Positions 1 through 8,315 of a DNA stretch of 34,018 nucleotides are shown piece by piece. The notes below the pieces were generated by a model that was given only the letters and a program-made list of their open reading frames with translations, was not told the origin of the DNA and made no database searches. The stretch lies in assembly GCA_964518585.1 (NCBI GenBank), contig CAZFGZ010000004.1, positions 1 to 34,018 of the forward strand, read 5' to 3'. The stretch comes from an uncultured Dehalococcoidia bacterium (lineage in GTDB: Bacteria > Chloroflexota > Dehalococcoidia > DSTF01 > CAZFGZ01). Position numbers and translations under genes: made by a program. The stretch's first letter is position 1; every line of letters begins with the position of its first letter.

Positions 1-14
1 AGCCTGAGGAGAAG

Positions 15-443
15 GTGGTGGTCTTCACCTGCAACTGGTGCTCCTACCCCGGCGCCGACCAGGCGGGCATCGAGAAGATCCAGTATCCGCCTTCGAGCCG
101 CATCATTCGCACCATGTGTTCAGCGCGCATCGAGGAGGAATTTGTCGCCCGCGCCTTCGAGAAGGGAGCGGCGGCAGTCCTAATCACTGGCTGCCGCCTG
201 ACCGCGAGCGGCGGCTCCGACTGCCATTACAACTACGCCAACGAGCACACCAAGAAGCGCTTCGAGTTCTGGCAGCGCAAGTTCACCCGCCAGGGCATCG
301 AGCCCGAGCGGCTCCAGCTTCATTGGAACTCGGCGTCCGAAGGCAAGGAGTGGGCCGCCAAGATGCGAGAGATGGACGAGGTGGTTCAGAACCATGCGCG
401 CAAACTAGCCGAAGGAGTGGCCAGTGGTGAGTCAAGCAGCTGA
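15..443 (+). CDS. MvhD/FlpD-like [2Fe-2S] protein (methyl-viologen-reducing hydrogenase delta-subunit family, usually Hdr-associated)
   Basis: 142-aa ORF with a GTG start preceded by GAGGAGAAG. The N-terminal FTCNWCSYPGAD, the later ITGC and DCHY cysteines, and the overall sequence look like the MvhD/FlpD family. The window begins only 14 nt upstream, so the expected hdrA-like partner gene cannot be seen. Confidence 0.8.
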   Translation: MVVFTCNWCSYPGADQAGIEKIQYPPSSRIIRTMCSARIEEEFVARAFEKGAAAVLITGCRLTASGGSDCHYNYANEHTKKRFEFWQRKFTRQGIEPERLQLHWNSASEGKEWAAKMREMDEVVQNHARKLAEGVASGESSS

Positions 444-1626
444 AAGCCTCCTCCTGGAGGACAAAACCTGGGAACGGTTCGATAAGGCGACGGGAGGCGC
501 GGCGGCTCCCTGCTACCAGTGCGGGGTGTGCACGGCCATCTGCCCATGGGGGCTGGTGAAAGGGGAGACTGTCAGCATCCGGAAGATGGTCCGTCAGGCC
601 CAGCTAGGGCTGCCCGGCTGGACAGACGACCTCTGGCTCTGCACCACCTGCCTGTGGTGCGTAAGTCGCTGCCCTCACGAGGTGGACATCGCGAAGACCC
701 TCCTCGGCTTGCGCCAGCTAGCCTGGAAGGAGCGGGAAGTGCCGCACGGGCTGCCCTCCCTGATGTGGGACGTCTACCGCGACGGCAATCCCTGGGCGCG
801 GCCCCCTTCGGAGCGGACGGCTTGGGCCAAGGGTCTGGAGCTGAAGGACTTCGCGCCCAGCCAGGACATCCTCTTCTACGTGGGTTGCACGGGCTCCTAT
901 GACCCCCGCATTCAGAAGGTGGTGCGCGCGCTCGTCGGTATCCTCGGAACAGCCAACGTCGACTTCGGCGTGCTCGGCGACCGAGAACCGTGCTGCGGCG
1001 ACCCCGTACGGGAGTCTGGCAACTGGGCGTACGCCGAGAAGATGATCGACGATAACGTGGCCCTCTTCCGTGAACTCGGCGTGGGCACCCTGGTAACGGT
1101 CTCGCCCCACTGCTACGACATGTTCAAGAACTACCACACCGGCGTGGGAGAGGCCTTCCGTCCCCTTCACTACAGCCAGTACCTGGCGGAACTGGTGGCC
1201 GAGGAGAAGCTCAAGTTCGAGAATGAGCTGCCCCTCACCGTCACCTTCCATGACCCCTGCTACCTGGCCCGCCACAACAATGAAACCGAGGCGCCGCGCA
1301 AGGTGCTCAGCGCTATCACCGGCCTCACCCTGGTAGAGATGCCCCGCAGCGGTATCGACACCCTGTGCTGCGGCGGCGGCGGCGGCCGCATGTGGCAGGA
1401 GACCCTGCCCGGCGAGCGCTTCTCCGACCTTCGGGTGGCCGAGGCGGCCGAAACCGGCGCCGACATCCTGGTGACGGCCTGCCCGCACTGCATCTCCTGC
1501 CTGGAGGACAGCCTGGCCGGCGCCGACACGGCTATGCGCGTTATGGATCTGGCGGAGGTCGCAGCCGCCGCCCTCGGACTCGTGCCCGCGCCTCAGGCGC
1601 GACAACCTGCGGGAGCGACGACATGA
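424..1626 (+). CDS. HdrD/GlcF/GlpC-like iron-sulfur oxidoreductase (2x ferredoxin-type 4Fe-4S motifs plus two CCG cysteine-rich domains)
   Basis: Ferredoxin motifs CYQCGVCTAICP and CTTCLWCVSRCP are followed by CCG signatures (VGCTGSYDP...EPCCGDP...SPHCYDMF and DPCYLARH...LCCGGGGG...CPHCISC). GAAGGAG lies 6 nt before GTG 424. The gene overlaps the mvhD-like gene by 20 nt. No obvious transmembrane segment. Confidence 0.85.
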   Translation: MVSQAAESLLLEDKTWERFDKATGGAAAPCYQCGVCTAICPWGLVKGETVSIRKMVRQAQLGLPGWTDDLWLCTTCLWCVSRCPHEVDIAKTLLGLRQLAWKEREVPHGLPSLMWDVYRDGNPWARPPSERTAWAKGLELKDFAPSQDILFYVGCTGSYDPRIQKVVRALVGILGTANVDFGVLGDREPCCGDPVRESGNWAYAEKMIDDNVALFRELGVGTLVTVSPHCYDMFKNYHTGVGEAFRPLHYSQYLAELVAEEKLKFENELPLTVTFHDPCYLARHNNETEAPRKVLSAITGLTLVEMPRSGIDTLCCGGGGGRMWQETLPGERFSDLRVAEAAETGADILVTACPHCISCLEDSLAGADTAMRVMDLAEVAAAALGLVPAPQARQPAGATT

Positions 1627-2642
1627 ATGACATACAACCCTACGGAGCTGCCGATGGCAGCGGGCTCTGGGTCTTCCTGGAGCACGAGGAGGGGGAGCTG
1701 GTTGGTGTCTCCCTGGAGCTCCTCGGCAAGAGCCGCGAACTGGCCGACCGCCTGGGCACGCCACTCACGGGGCTCCTGCTGGGCCATCAGGTGCGCCCTC
1801 TGGCGGACCAGGCCTTCGCTGCAGGCGCGGACCAGGTGCTGCTGGCCGACGATCCTGACCTGGCCCTCTACAACACCGAGCCCTACACCAGGGTTGTCTC
1901 GGAGGTCATAGCCGAGCGCAAGCCGTCCATCTTCCTGCTGGGCGCCACCCCCGACGGCCGCGACCTGGCCGGTCGCCTGGCCGTTCGTGTCAGTACCGGC
2001 CTCACGGCCGACTGCACGGGCCTGGATGTGGACCCCGAGAGCGGCCTGCTGAAGGGCGACGTGGTGGGCTTCGGCGGAGGCATCGTGGCGACCATCCTTT
2101 GCCCGGACATGCGTCCCCAGATGGCTACGGTCCGGCCCGGAATCTTCCCCACCCCCGAACTCGCTCCCGACCGCAAGGGGACGCTGGAGGAGATCCCCGT
2201 GCGCATCCGCGAAGAGGACAAGCGGGTGAAGATACTCGAGCGGGTCACCGCCGCCGGCCTTGACATCACCAAGGCGCCCTGCATCGTGGCGGCCGGCCGG
2301 GGCATCCGCGGCGAGCTCTCGATGATCGAGGAGCTGGCACGGCTCTTCGGCGGCGAGATTGGCGCCACCCGAGTCGCCTGCGACGAGGGCTGGCTCGAGC
2401 GCGACCGGCAGATCGGGCAGACCGGCGTCGTCACCCGGCCCAAGCTGGCCATCTGCTGCGGCATCAGCGGCGCCATCCACTTCACCGTGGGCATTGAGGA
2501 CGCGGAGACGGTCGTCGCCATCAACACGGACGAGGAAGCTCCCATCTTCGAGGCGGCGGACTACTGCATCGTGGACGACCTCTTCGCCGTCCTGCCACCC
2601 CTCATCGAACAGCTCCGCGCGGCGGCCAACGGAGGGAAGTAA
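1623..2642 (+). CDS. etfA: Electron transfer flavoprotein, alpha subunit (copy 1)
   Basis: The track ORF starts at 1365, but that leader is Arg/Gly-rich junk. ATG 1623 overlaps the upstream stop (ATGA) and has GGGAG 8 nt upstream. From MNDIQPYG... the protein is colinear with EtfA/FixB (C-terminal FAD-binding region IVAAGRGI...ATRVACDEGW...QIGQTG..V.PKL.I.CGISGAIHF..G). Confidence 0.9.
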   Translation: MNDIQPYGAADGSGLWVFLEHEEGELVGVSLELLGKSRELADRLGTPLTGLLLGHQVRPLADQAFAAGADQVLLADDPDLALYNTEPYTRVVSEVIAERKPSIFLLGATPDGRDLAGRLAVRVSTGLTADCTGLDVDPESGLLKGDVVGFGGGIVATILCPDMRPQMATVRPGIFPTPELAPDRKGTLEEIPVRIREEDKRVKILERVTAAGLDITKAPCIVAAGRGIRGELSMIEELARLFGGEIGATRVACDEGWLERDRQIGQTGVVTRPKLAICCGISGAIHFTVGIEDAETVVAINTDEEAPIFEAADYCIVDDLFAVLPPLIEQLRAAANGGK

Positions 2643-3463
2643 TGACCGACCAGAGACCGCACATCATCGTCTGCATGAAGGTGGTGCCTCGCTCCGAGGA
2701 GATCCGCATCGAGCCTTCCACCATGACCATCGACCGGACCGGCGTGCGCTCTGAGATGAACCGGTCGGACATGAACGCCCTGGAAATGGCGCTCGCTCTG
2801 CGCGACGAGCACGGTGGGCGGGTCTCCACGATCTCTATGGGGCCGCCGGTCTTCGAGCAGTACCTGCGGGTGATGATCGCGGTGGGCGTCGATCACGCCT
2901 ACCTGCTGAGCGACCGCGCCTTCGCCGCCGCCGATACCCTGGCCACCTCACTCACCCTCGCCAAAGGCATCGAGAAGATCGGCGACTATGACCTAATCCT
3001 CTGCGGGGAGGAGTCCTCCGACGGAGCCACCGCCCAGGTGCCCCCGGGCATCGCCGAATGGATGGGCATTCCCCAGATCACCTACGCCACTGCGATGAAG
3101 CTCCTGCCGGATGACAACCGGGTGGAATCTCATCGGGAGATCCGGGGCGGGCATGAGGTGCTCTCGGTCCCGTTGCCGGCGGTGGCCTCCGTGAAGCTCG
3201 GCGTGAACGAGCCCCGCTTCATCGACATGGACCGGATCGACTGGGCTCAGACGGCTGACCTGGTCACCACCTGGAGCATCGCGGACCTCGGCATCGACCC
3301 CAAGACCGTGGGTCTGGACGGCTCCGGCACCATCGTGGAAGGGGTCTACGAGGCGCCCGCCGCCGAGCGCAAGCGTGAGTTCCTCAGGGGCTCGCCGGAG
3401 GAAGAGGCCAAGGCTCTCTTCGAGCGGATCAAGGAGTACCTCTCGCCCGGCGTTGAGGGCTGA
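2642..3463 (+). CDS. etfB: Electron transfer flavoprotein, beta subunit (copy 1)
   Basis: Typical EtfB/FixA N-terminus (IIVCMKVVP...MNRSDMNALEMALALRD...ISMGPP), plus SDRAFAAADTLATS and CGEESSDGATAQVPPGIAEWMGIPQIT. The start overlaps the etfA stop (TAATG), with GGAGGGAAG upstream. Confidence 0.9.
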   Translation: MTDQRPHIIVCMKVVPRSEEIRIEPSTMTIDRTGVRSEMNRSDMNALEMALALRDEHGGRVSTISMGPPVFEQYLRVMIAVGVDHAYLLSDRAFAAADTLATSLTLAKGIEKIGDYDLILCGEESSDGATAQVPPGIAEWMGIPQITYATAMKLLPDDNRVESHREIRGGHEVLSVPLPAVASVKLGVNEPRFIDMDRIDWAQTADLVTTWSIADLGIDPKTVGLDGSGTIVEGVYEAPAAERKREFLRGSPEEEAKALFERIKEYLSPGVEG

Positions 3464-3480
3464 GCCCGCTCTCCCCAAGC

Positions 3481-3515
3481 GGCCTCCTCGACCACTGAGG
3501 AGGCCCTTTCTTTGT
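3481..3515 (+). terminator. Rho-independent terminator candidate ending the mvhD-hdrD-etfAB operon
   Basis: Perfect 9-bp stem GGCCTCCTC / GAGGAGGCC with a 7-nt loop (GACCACT), followed by CTTTCTTTGT. It starts 18 nt after the etfB stop. Confidence 0.6.
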
Positions 3516-3565
3516 CCCCCGCTACGCCCGCGGGACTTGCCAAGTCAGCCCGCCGGCAGTAGGGT

Positions 3566-4429
3566 GTGGCCACCGGACGGTTGGACTGCCTGCCTCACCG
3601 AGCGAACATGGAGCACCCCGCACCAGACCTTCACTACACCCTGGAGCAGTTCCTCCCTCCCCGCGGCCGCGATGCCCTCTGGCACCTGCGCCGGATGGAG
3701 CGGTGCGTCCTCGGCTCCGCCGGGCCCGCCCGGGGCGATGTCGCCAGGCCGCGCCGGGTCCTGGACGTGGCCTGTGGAACGGGGACGCAGCTCGCCCGCC
3801 TGCGGCGAGAGGGTTGGGAATGCTGGGGCGTGGACGCGTCCGACTTCATGCTTCGTCTGGGGCAGTACATGTGGCCCGAGGTACGCACCTCGATGCCGCT
3901 GGTGCGGGGCCTTGCTGAGAGCCTGCCCTTCAAAGAGGCGTCCTTCGAGCTTGTCCTCTGCCAGGGCGCCCTCGACCATTTCACCGACCCGCCCGCCTTC
4001 CTGCGCGAGGCCGCGCGGGTGCTGGCACCGGGCGGCCGCCTGATCGTCGCCCTGGCCAACTACGAGAGCCTGGCCTGCCGGCTCGGCCGGGCTACCCATC
4101 GCCTGGGGACGCGGCTGGGCCTGCCCTCGCGGCGAGCACGGCCCTACTGGCGCATCCCCGACGATCACACGTTCAGGGGCAGCTACGGGTTCCTCAAGTC
4201 GCTGGGCGACGGCCGCCTGGAGCTGACCCAGGTCTACGGGGTGTCGCTGCTGCAGGCCGTGTGGCCCTGGCGGGCGCTCCTGCACGCCCTGCCTCTGCCA
4301 GTGGCGACGGCGGTCTGGAGGACGGCAGATCGCCTGGCCCGTCCGCTGCCGGCCCTCGCCGATACCACGGTGGCCGTCTGGCGCCGCCCGCCGGCCGCAG
4401 ACACCGTCAGCGTTCCGGCCCCACCGTAG
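3566..4429 (+). CDS. Class I SAM-dependent methyltransferase
   Basis: Motif I is VLDVACGTGTQ, the post-I acidic residue is in WGVDAS, and a later LAPGGRLIV is typical of Methyltransf_11/25-type enzymes. The start is uncertain: GTG 3566 or ATG 3608, both with weak RBS. Confidence 0.7.
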   Translation: MATGRLDCLPHRANMEHPAPDLHYTLEQFLPPRGRDALWHLRRMERCVLGSAGPARGDVARPRRVLDVACGTGTQLARLRREGWECWGVDASDFMLRLGQYMWPEVRTSMPLVRGLAESLPFKEASFELVLCQGALDHFTDPPAFLREAARVLAPGGRLIVALANYESLACRLGRATHRLGTRLGLPSRRARPYWRIPDDHTFRGSYGFLKSLGDGRLELTQVYGVSLLQAVWPWRALLHALPLPVATAVWRTADRLARPLPALADTTVAVWRRPPAADTVSVPAPP

Positions 4430-4459
4430 GTGAGGGCTCAGGAGGGAGGTTGATAGCCG

Positions 4460-5986
4460 ATGCAAGGGTCCTTCGACGCTATCGTGATCGGCTCAGGGAT
4501 GGGAGGGCTGACCTCAGCCGCCCTGCTGGCCAAGAACGGCCTCCGTCCCCTGGTCCTGGAGGCTCACTTCCTGCCGGGAGGCAATGCCCAAACCTTCCGT
4601 CGCAAGAAGATGTTCGATTTCGATGTGGGGGTTCACTACGTCGGCGACTGCGGCCCCGACGGCACCGTCCCTACAGTGCTCCGCCGGATCGGCATCGCCG
4701 ACGAGATCGAGTGGCTGCCCATGGACGCGGACGGCTTCGAGACTCTGATCTTCCCGGACATGACCTTCCGCGTGCCGGCGGGATGGGACCGCTATCGCGA
4801 GAGGCTGCAGCAGGCGTTTCCCCAGGAGACCCGCGCGATTGACCGCTACCTTGAGGTCATGCAACAGCTTTCGGCCGGTCCCATGGGACCGCGACCCGAG
4901 CAGCGGGCCGAGGTGGAGCGCGTGGTGCACAAGCCCTGGGACGAGTGCACGCTGGGTGAGGTCTTCGACAGCCTGGAGTGCAGCCTCCGGCTGCGCCACG
5001 TGCTGGCGGCGCAGAGCGGGACGTATGCGGCGCCGCCTTCGCGGGCCAGCGCCGCCGTTCACGCCCTCCTCACGAACCACTATCTGCGCGGCGCCTACTT
5101 CCCGCGGGGAGGCGGCCGCTCCCTGGTCGATGCCCTGGTGGGCTTCATCGAGGGCCAAGGAGGGGAGGTGCGGCTGCGCTCGCGTGTGCAGCGCATCCTC
5201 ATCGAGGGAGGGAGGGCGGTCGGCGTGGAGCTGGCCAAGGGGGGTGAGCTGCGGGCCCCTATCGTCATCTCCAATGCCGATGCGAAGCGTACGTACCTGG
5301 AGATGGTCGGCGAGAATTACCTGAGCCCAGAGCTGGCGCAGCGGGCGCGTGAGTCGAGGATGGCCCTGCCGCTATTCATGGTCTACGTGGCTATGAAGGT
5401 GGACCCGGCCGAGCTGGGCCTGGCCAACAGCAACTACGGCTTCATGGAATACACCCTGGAGGAGGACTACCAGGCCTGCTACGAGGGGCGCATCCCCGAG
5501 AAGCCCGAAGTCTTCATCTCTTTCGCCTCGCTCAAGGACCCCACCAGCCGCAACATCGCGCCCGAGGGCTACACCAACCTCCAGCTCATCACCATCGCGC
5601 CCGCGCAGCCCGAGACGTGGGGCGTGGAGAAGTCACCCGGCGAGGGCGGCCGCTACCGGCACACCCTCGACTACACGACGGTCAAGAAGGACCTGCAGGA
5701 ACGCATGCTCCGCCACGTGGAGGAGAAGATGCCCGGGCTCATCCGCAACGTCGAGTGGATGGAGTCGGCTACCCCGCTGACGCAGGAGCGCTTCACGCTC
5801 TCCACCGGCGGCACCAGCTACGGCCTCGAGCACAGCCCGGACCAGTACAGGGGGAAGCGCTTCGCGATGCAGACGGAGATCCCGGGCCTCTACCTGGCCG
5901 GCGCGAGCACGATCTTCGGCCACGGCATCGCGGGGGCGATGGTGAGCGGCGCCGCCGCCGCGGGGGCGGTGCTCGCCGCGCGGTGA
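4460..5986 (+). CDS. FAD/NAD(P)-dependent oxidoreductase, phytoene-desaturase (CrtI)/RetSat-like family
   Basis: N-terminal dinucleotide fold DAIVIGSGMGGLTSAALLAKNGLRPLVLEAHFLPGG and C-terminal GLYLAGASTIFGHGIAGAMVSG are typical of the CrtI/amine-oxidase superfamily. GGAGGGAGG lies upstream of the ATG. Confidence 0.8.
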   Translation: MQGSFDAIVIGSGMGGLTSAALLAKNGLRPLVLEAHFLPGGNAQTFRRKKMFDFDVGVHYVGDCGPDGTVPTVLRRIGIADEIEWLPMDADGFETLIFPDMTFRVPAGWDRYRERLQQAFPQETRAIDRYLEVMQQLSAGPMGPRPEQRAEVERVVHKPWDECTLGEVFDSLECSLRLRHVLAAQSGTYAAPPSRASAAVHALLTNHYLRGAYFPRGGGRSLVDALVGFIEGQGGEVRLRSRVQRILIEGGRAVGVELAKGGELRAPIVISNADAKRTYLEMVGENYLSPELAQRARESRMALPLFMVYVAMKVDPAELGLANSNYGFMEYTLEEDYQACYEGRIPEKPEVFISFASLKDPTSRNIAPEGYTNLQLITIAPAQPETWGVEKSPGEGGRYRHTLDYTTVKKDLQERMLRHVEEKMPGLIRNVEWMESATPLTQERFTLSTGGTSYGLEHSPDQYRGKRFAMQTEIPGLYLAGASTIFGHGIAGAMVSGAAAAGAVLAAR

Positions 5987-6029
5987 GCGCCAAAGTGGCA
6001 GCCCGAACCCTCACGAGCACACACGTCAA

Positions 6030-6054
6030 GGGCCCGGCCGCATTGGCCGGGCCC
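6030..6054. terminator. Bidirectional hairpin terminator candidate between convergent genes
   Basis: Perfect 10-bp GC stem GGGCCCGGCC / GGCCGGGCCC with a 5-nt loop (GCATT), in the 90-nt gap between the convergent CrtI-like (+) and thiolase (-) genes. A T-containing tract (CCGGTTCGTCTT) follows on the + strand. Confidence 0.5.
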
Positions 6055-6076
6055 CCGGTTCGTCTTGGGGCGGCGG

Positions 6077-7324
6077 CTACACGCTCAGCACGTGCACGGC
6101 GACGGCCGCGGCCTCCCCGCGCACCATGCCGCCGCCGTTCTCGGTGATCCCCACCTTGGCTCCCTGCACCTGGCGGTCGCCGGCTTCGCCGCGGAGCTGG
6201 CAGAAGATCTCGTAGATCTGGGCCACCCCCGTCGCGCCGATGGGATGCCCCTTGGACAGCAGACCGCCGCTGGTGTTGACGGGGACCTTGCCGGTGAGTT
6301 CGGTTACCCCCTCGTCGATGAGGCGGCCGCCCTCGCCCTGCTTGCAGAGCCCGATCTCCTCGTAGAGCACGACTTCGGCCGGGGCGGTGGCATCGTGCAG
6401 CTCGACGACGTGCGCATCCTCCGCGCCGATCCCTGCCATCTCGTATGCCTTCGTGGCCACCCGCTCGCTGATGCCCGGCTGGCCCTCCCTTCCGTCCTTG
6501 CCCGAGCCCAGGGCCGTCCCGCGCACCCACACCGGCTTGGTGGTGTGCTGGCGGACCTTGTCCTCGCTCACCAGGATCGCCGCAGCGGCCCCATCCCCGA
6601 TCGGCGAGCACATCAACCGCGTCAGCGGCTCCGCGACCAGCGGCGACGCCAGGATCTCCTCCAGCGTGTACACCTCCCGATACTGCGCGTGCGGGTTCAG
6701 ACTGCCGTGGTAGTGGTTCTTCACCGCTATCTTGGCGAACTGCTCCTTGGTGGTGCCGTACCTCTGCATGTGGTTGCGGGCGAGCGCGGCGTAGAGGTCC
6801 ATGAACATGCTGCGGGACTTGCCCGCGCCGGTCTCGGCCTCCGCCCCCTCCTTGGGTGGCTCCTTCTTGGCCTTTTCCTGGGCCTGCGCCTGCATCTGGG
6901 CGATGATCTGCTGCATCACCTCCACGTCCACCGCGCTGCCGATGGCGGCGAAGGAGCGACGCTTGTCCTCGTGGTAGAGCTTCTCCACGCCCAGGGCGAG
7001 CGCGATGTCGTACATGCCCGAGGCCACGTACAGCCAGGCGAGGTGAAAGGCGGTGGAGGAGCTGGCGCAGGCGTTCTCCGTGTTGACCATGGGGATGGCC
7101 TCGATCCCCATCTCGCGCAGGACCACTTGGGCGCGGACGCACTCCTGGCCCGTGACCAGCCCGGCGGCGGCGTTGCCCACCACGGCCACCTGAAGGTCCG
7201 ACTTGTCCATCCCCGCCGATTGGAGGGCTCCCTCCACGGCCTCGCGGCCCAGGTCCTTCATGCTGCGGTCCAGAAACTTGCCGAACCGCGTCATGCCGGC
7301 TCCGACGATGGCGACGTTCCTCAT
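6077..7324 (-). CDS. Thiolase-fold protein, SCP-x / nonspecific lipid-transfer-protein type
   Basis: The canonical N-terminus MRNVAIVGAGMTRFGK begins at ATG 7324 (AAAGGA upstream), so the 19-codon track extension from 7381 is unlikely. The active-site region is NTENACASSSTAF. The C-terminal region has GHPIGATG and NGGG without the second catalytic Cys, as in SCP-x/Ltp-type thiolases. Confidence 0.85.
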   Translation of the reverse strand: MRNVAIVGAGMTRFGKFLDRSMKDLGREAVEGALQSAGMDKSDLQVAVVGNAAAGLVTGQECVRAQVVLREMGIEAIPMVNTENACASSSTAFHLAWLYVASGMYDIALALGVEKLYHEDKRRSFAAIGSAVDVEVMQQIIAQMQAQAQEKAKKEPPKEGAEAETGAGKSRSMFMDLYAALARNHMQRYGTTKEQFAKIAVKNHYHGSLNPHAQYREVYTLEEILASPLVAEPLTRLMCSPIGDGAAAAILVSEDKVRQHTTKPVWVRGTALGSGKDGREGQPGISERVATKAYEMAGIGAEDAHVVELHDATAPAEVVLYEEIGLCKQGEGGRLIDEGVTELTGKVPVNTSGGLLSKGHPIGATGVAQIYEIFCQLRGEAGDRQVQGAKVGITENGGGMVRGEAAAVAVHVLSV

Positions 7325-7421
7325 CACGCTATCCTTTCGAGAGATCCGGTAGCCGTGATCGATTCCACAGCCAGGATACACACAGGCTTCTGCCCTGCCA
7401 AGGGCGATACGGCCTACGCAA

Positions 7422-8306
7422 CTAGAGGTGAGCGCGCTCCTCCAGGAACCGCACGATGCGCTCGGCTAGCTGCTCTGGCGAACCCTCGACCGGCCCGCCT
7501 TCCCGCTGCTCGATCCCCCCGCTGATGACCATCTGCCAGCGCTGCGCCGCCGGCATATCGCTGGGTGGAGCCGTCAGGCCACGCGTATCCGGCGGCGGCG
7601 GCGAGAGCGACACGACGCGGAGCGCCGAGCCCGCCGCTCCCACCTCCTCGGCCCGCAGGCCCAATTCGGCCAGCCCCCAATGCTCGATAGGCGCCGACTG
7701 CGACCGCAGGCGGACGCGCACCCGCGGATAGCGAGGGAGGTTGGCCCCAGTCTCGACCGTGCAAAGCGCCGGCAGCGGCGCCCTCTCCACCAGCCGATAG
7801 CCCCGCCCGGCCCGCCGCTGGGCGACCAGGGAGCGGCCCTCCTCCTGCACCTCCAGGCTCACCACGCTCGTGAGCAGAGGGATGTCCAGCAGCTCGGCGA
7901 GCTGGGGGCCTACCTGGCCGGTATTGCCGTCGGAGGAGCGGATCCCGCACAGCACCAGGTCCGCGCCGATGCGGCGCACCGCAGCGGCGAGGACGCGGGC
8001 GGTAGCCAGGGTGTCCGAGCCCTCAAAGGCATCGTCCCAGAGGCGAACGGCGAGGTCCGCGCCCTGAGCGAGACCGGCCCGCAGCGCCTCCTCGCACGGC
8101 GGGCGGCCCATGCTAACCGCAGTGACCTCGGTGTCCGGAAGAGCGTCGCGCACCTGGAGGGCCGCCTCAAGGGCATGAGCGTCGGCAGCGTTCAGGCTGT
8201 GCGCAAGGTTCTCCTCGTCCAGCGATAGGCTGCGAGGGGCTACCTCCAGAGGCTGCGCCGGGTCCACGACCCGGGCGACGCACACGACGATCTTCATCTT
8301 CGCCAT
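7422..8306 (-). CDS. etfB: Electron transfer flavoprotein, beta subunit (copy 2)
   Basis: KIVVCVARVVDP...NAADAHALEAALQVRD...VSMGRP, DDAFEGSDTLATA and CGIRSSDGNTGQVGPQLAELLDIPLLT are colinear with EtfB/FixA. It starts 9 nt downstream of the etfA copy 2 stop. Confidence 0.85.
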   Translation of the reverse strand: MAKMKIVVCVARVVDPAQPLEVAPRSLSLDEENLAHSLNAADAHALEAALQVRDALPDTEVTAVSMGRPPCEEALRAGLAQGADLAVRLWDDAFEGSDTLATARVLAAAVRRIGADLVLCGIRSSDGNTGQVGPQLAELLDIPLLTSVVSLEVQEEGRSLVAQRRAGRGYRLVERAPLPALCTVETGANLPRYPRVRVRLRSQSAPIEHWGLAELGLRAEEVGAAGSALRVVSLSPPPPDTRGLTAPPSDMPAAQRWQMVISGGIEQREGGPVEGSPEQLAERIVRFLEERAHL

Positions 8307-8315
8307 CTGTTCGTC

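Noticed and set aside
1365-1622. 86-codon N-terminal extension of the etfA ORF.
   Set aside because: The extension is an Arg/Gly-rich out-of-frame read of the HdrD-like gene. ATG 1623 has an RBS and an ATGA coupling overlap, and it gives a normal EtfA N-terminus.
718-1764. 348-aa minus-strand ORF opposite the HdrD-like gene.
   Set aside because: It is an antisense shadow ORF. The + frame carries the ferredoxin and CCG motifs.
7325-7381. Longer thiolase start at GTG 7381.
   Set aside because: The conserved thiolase N-terminus (MRNVAIVGAGMTRFGK) begins at ATG 7324, which has an AAAGGA RBS.
5793-7525. 449-aa (-) and 486-aa (+) ORFs overlapping the thiolase and CrtI-like genes.
   Set aside because: Both are Arg/Gly/Pro-rich with no motifs. 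They overlap well-supported genes in other frames.
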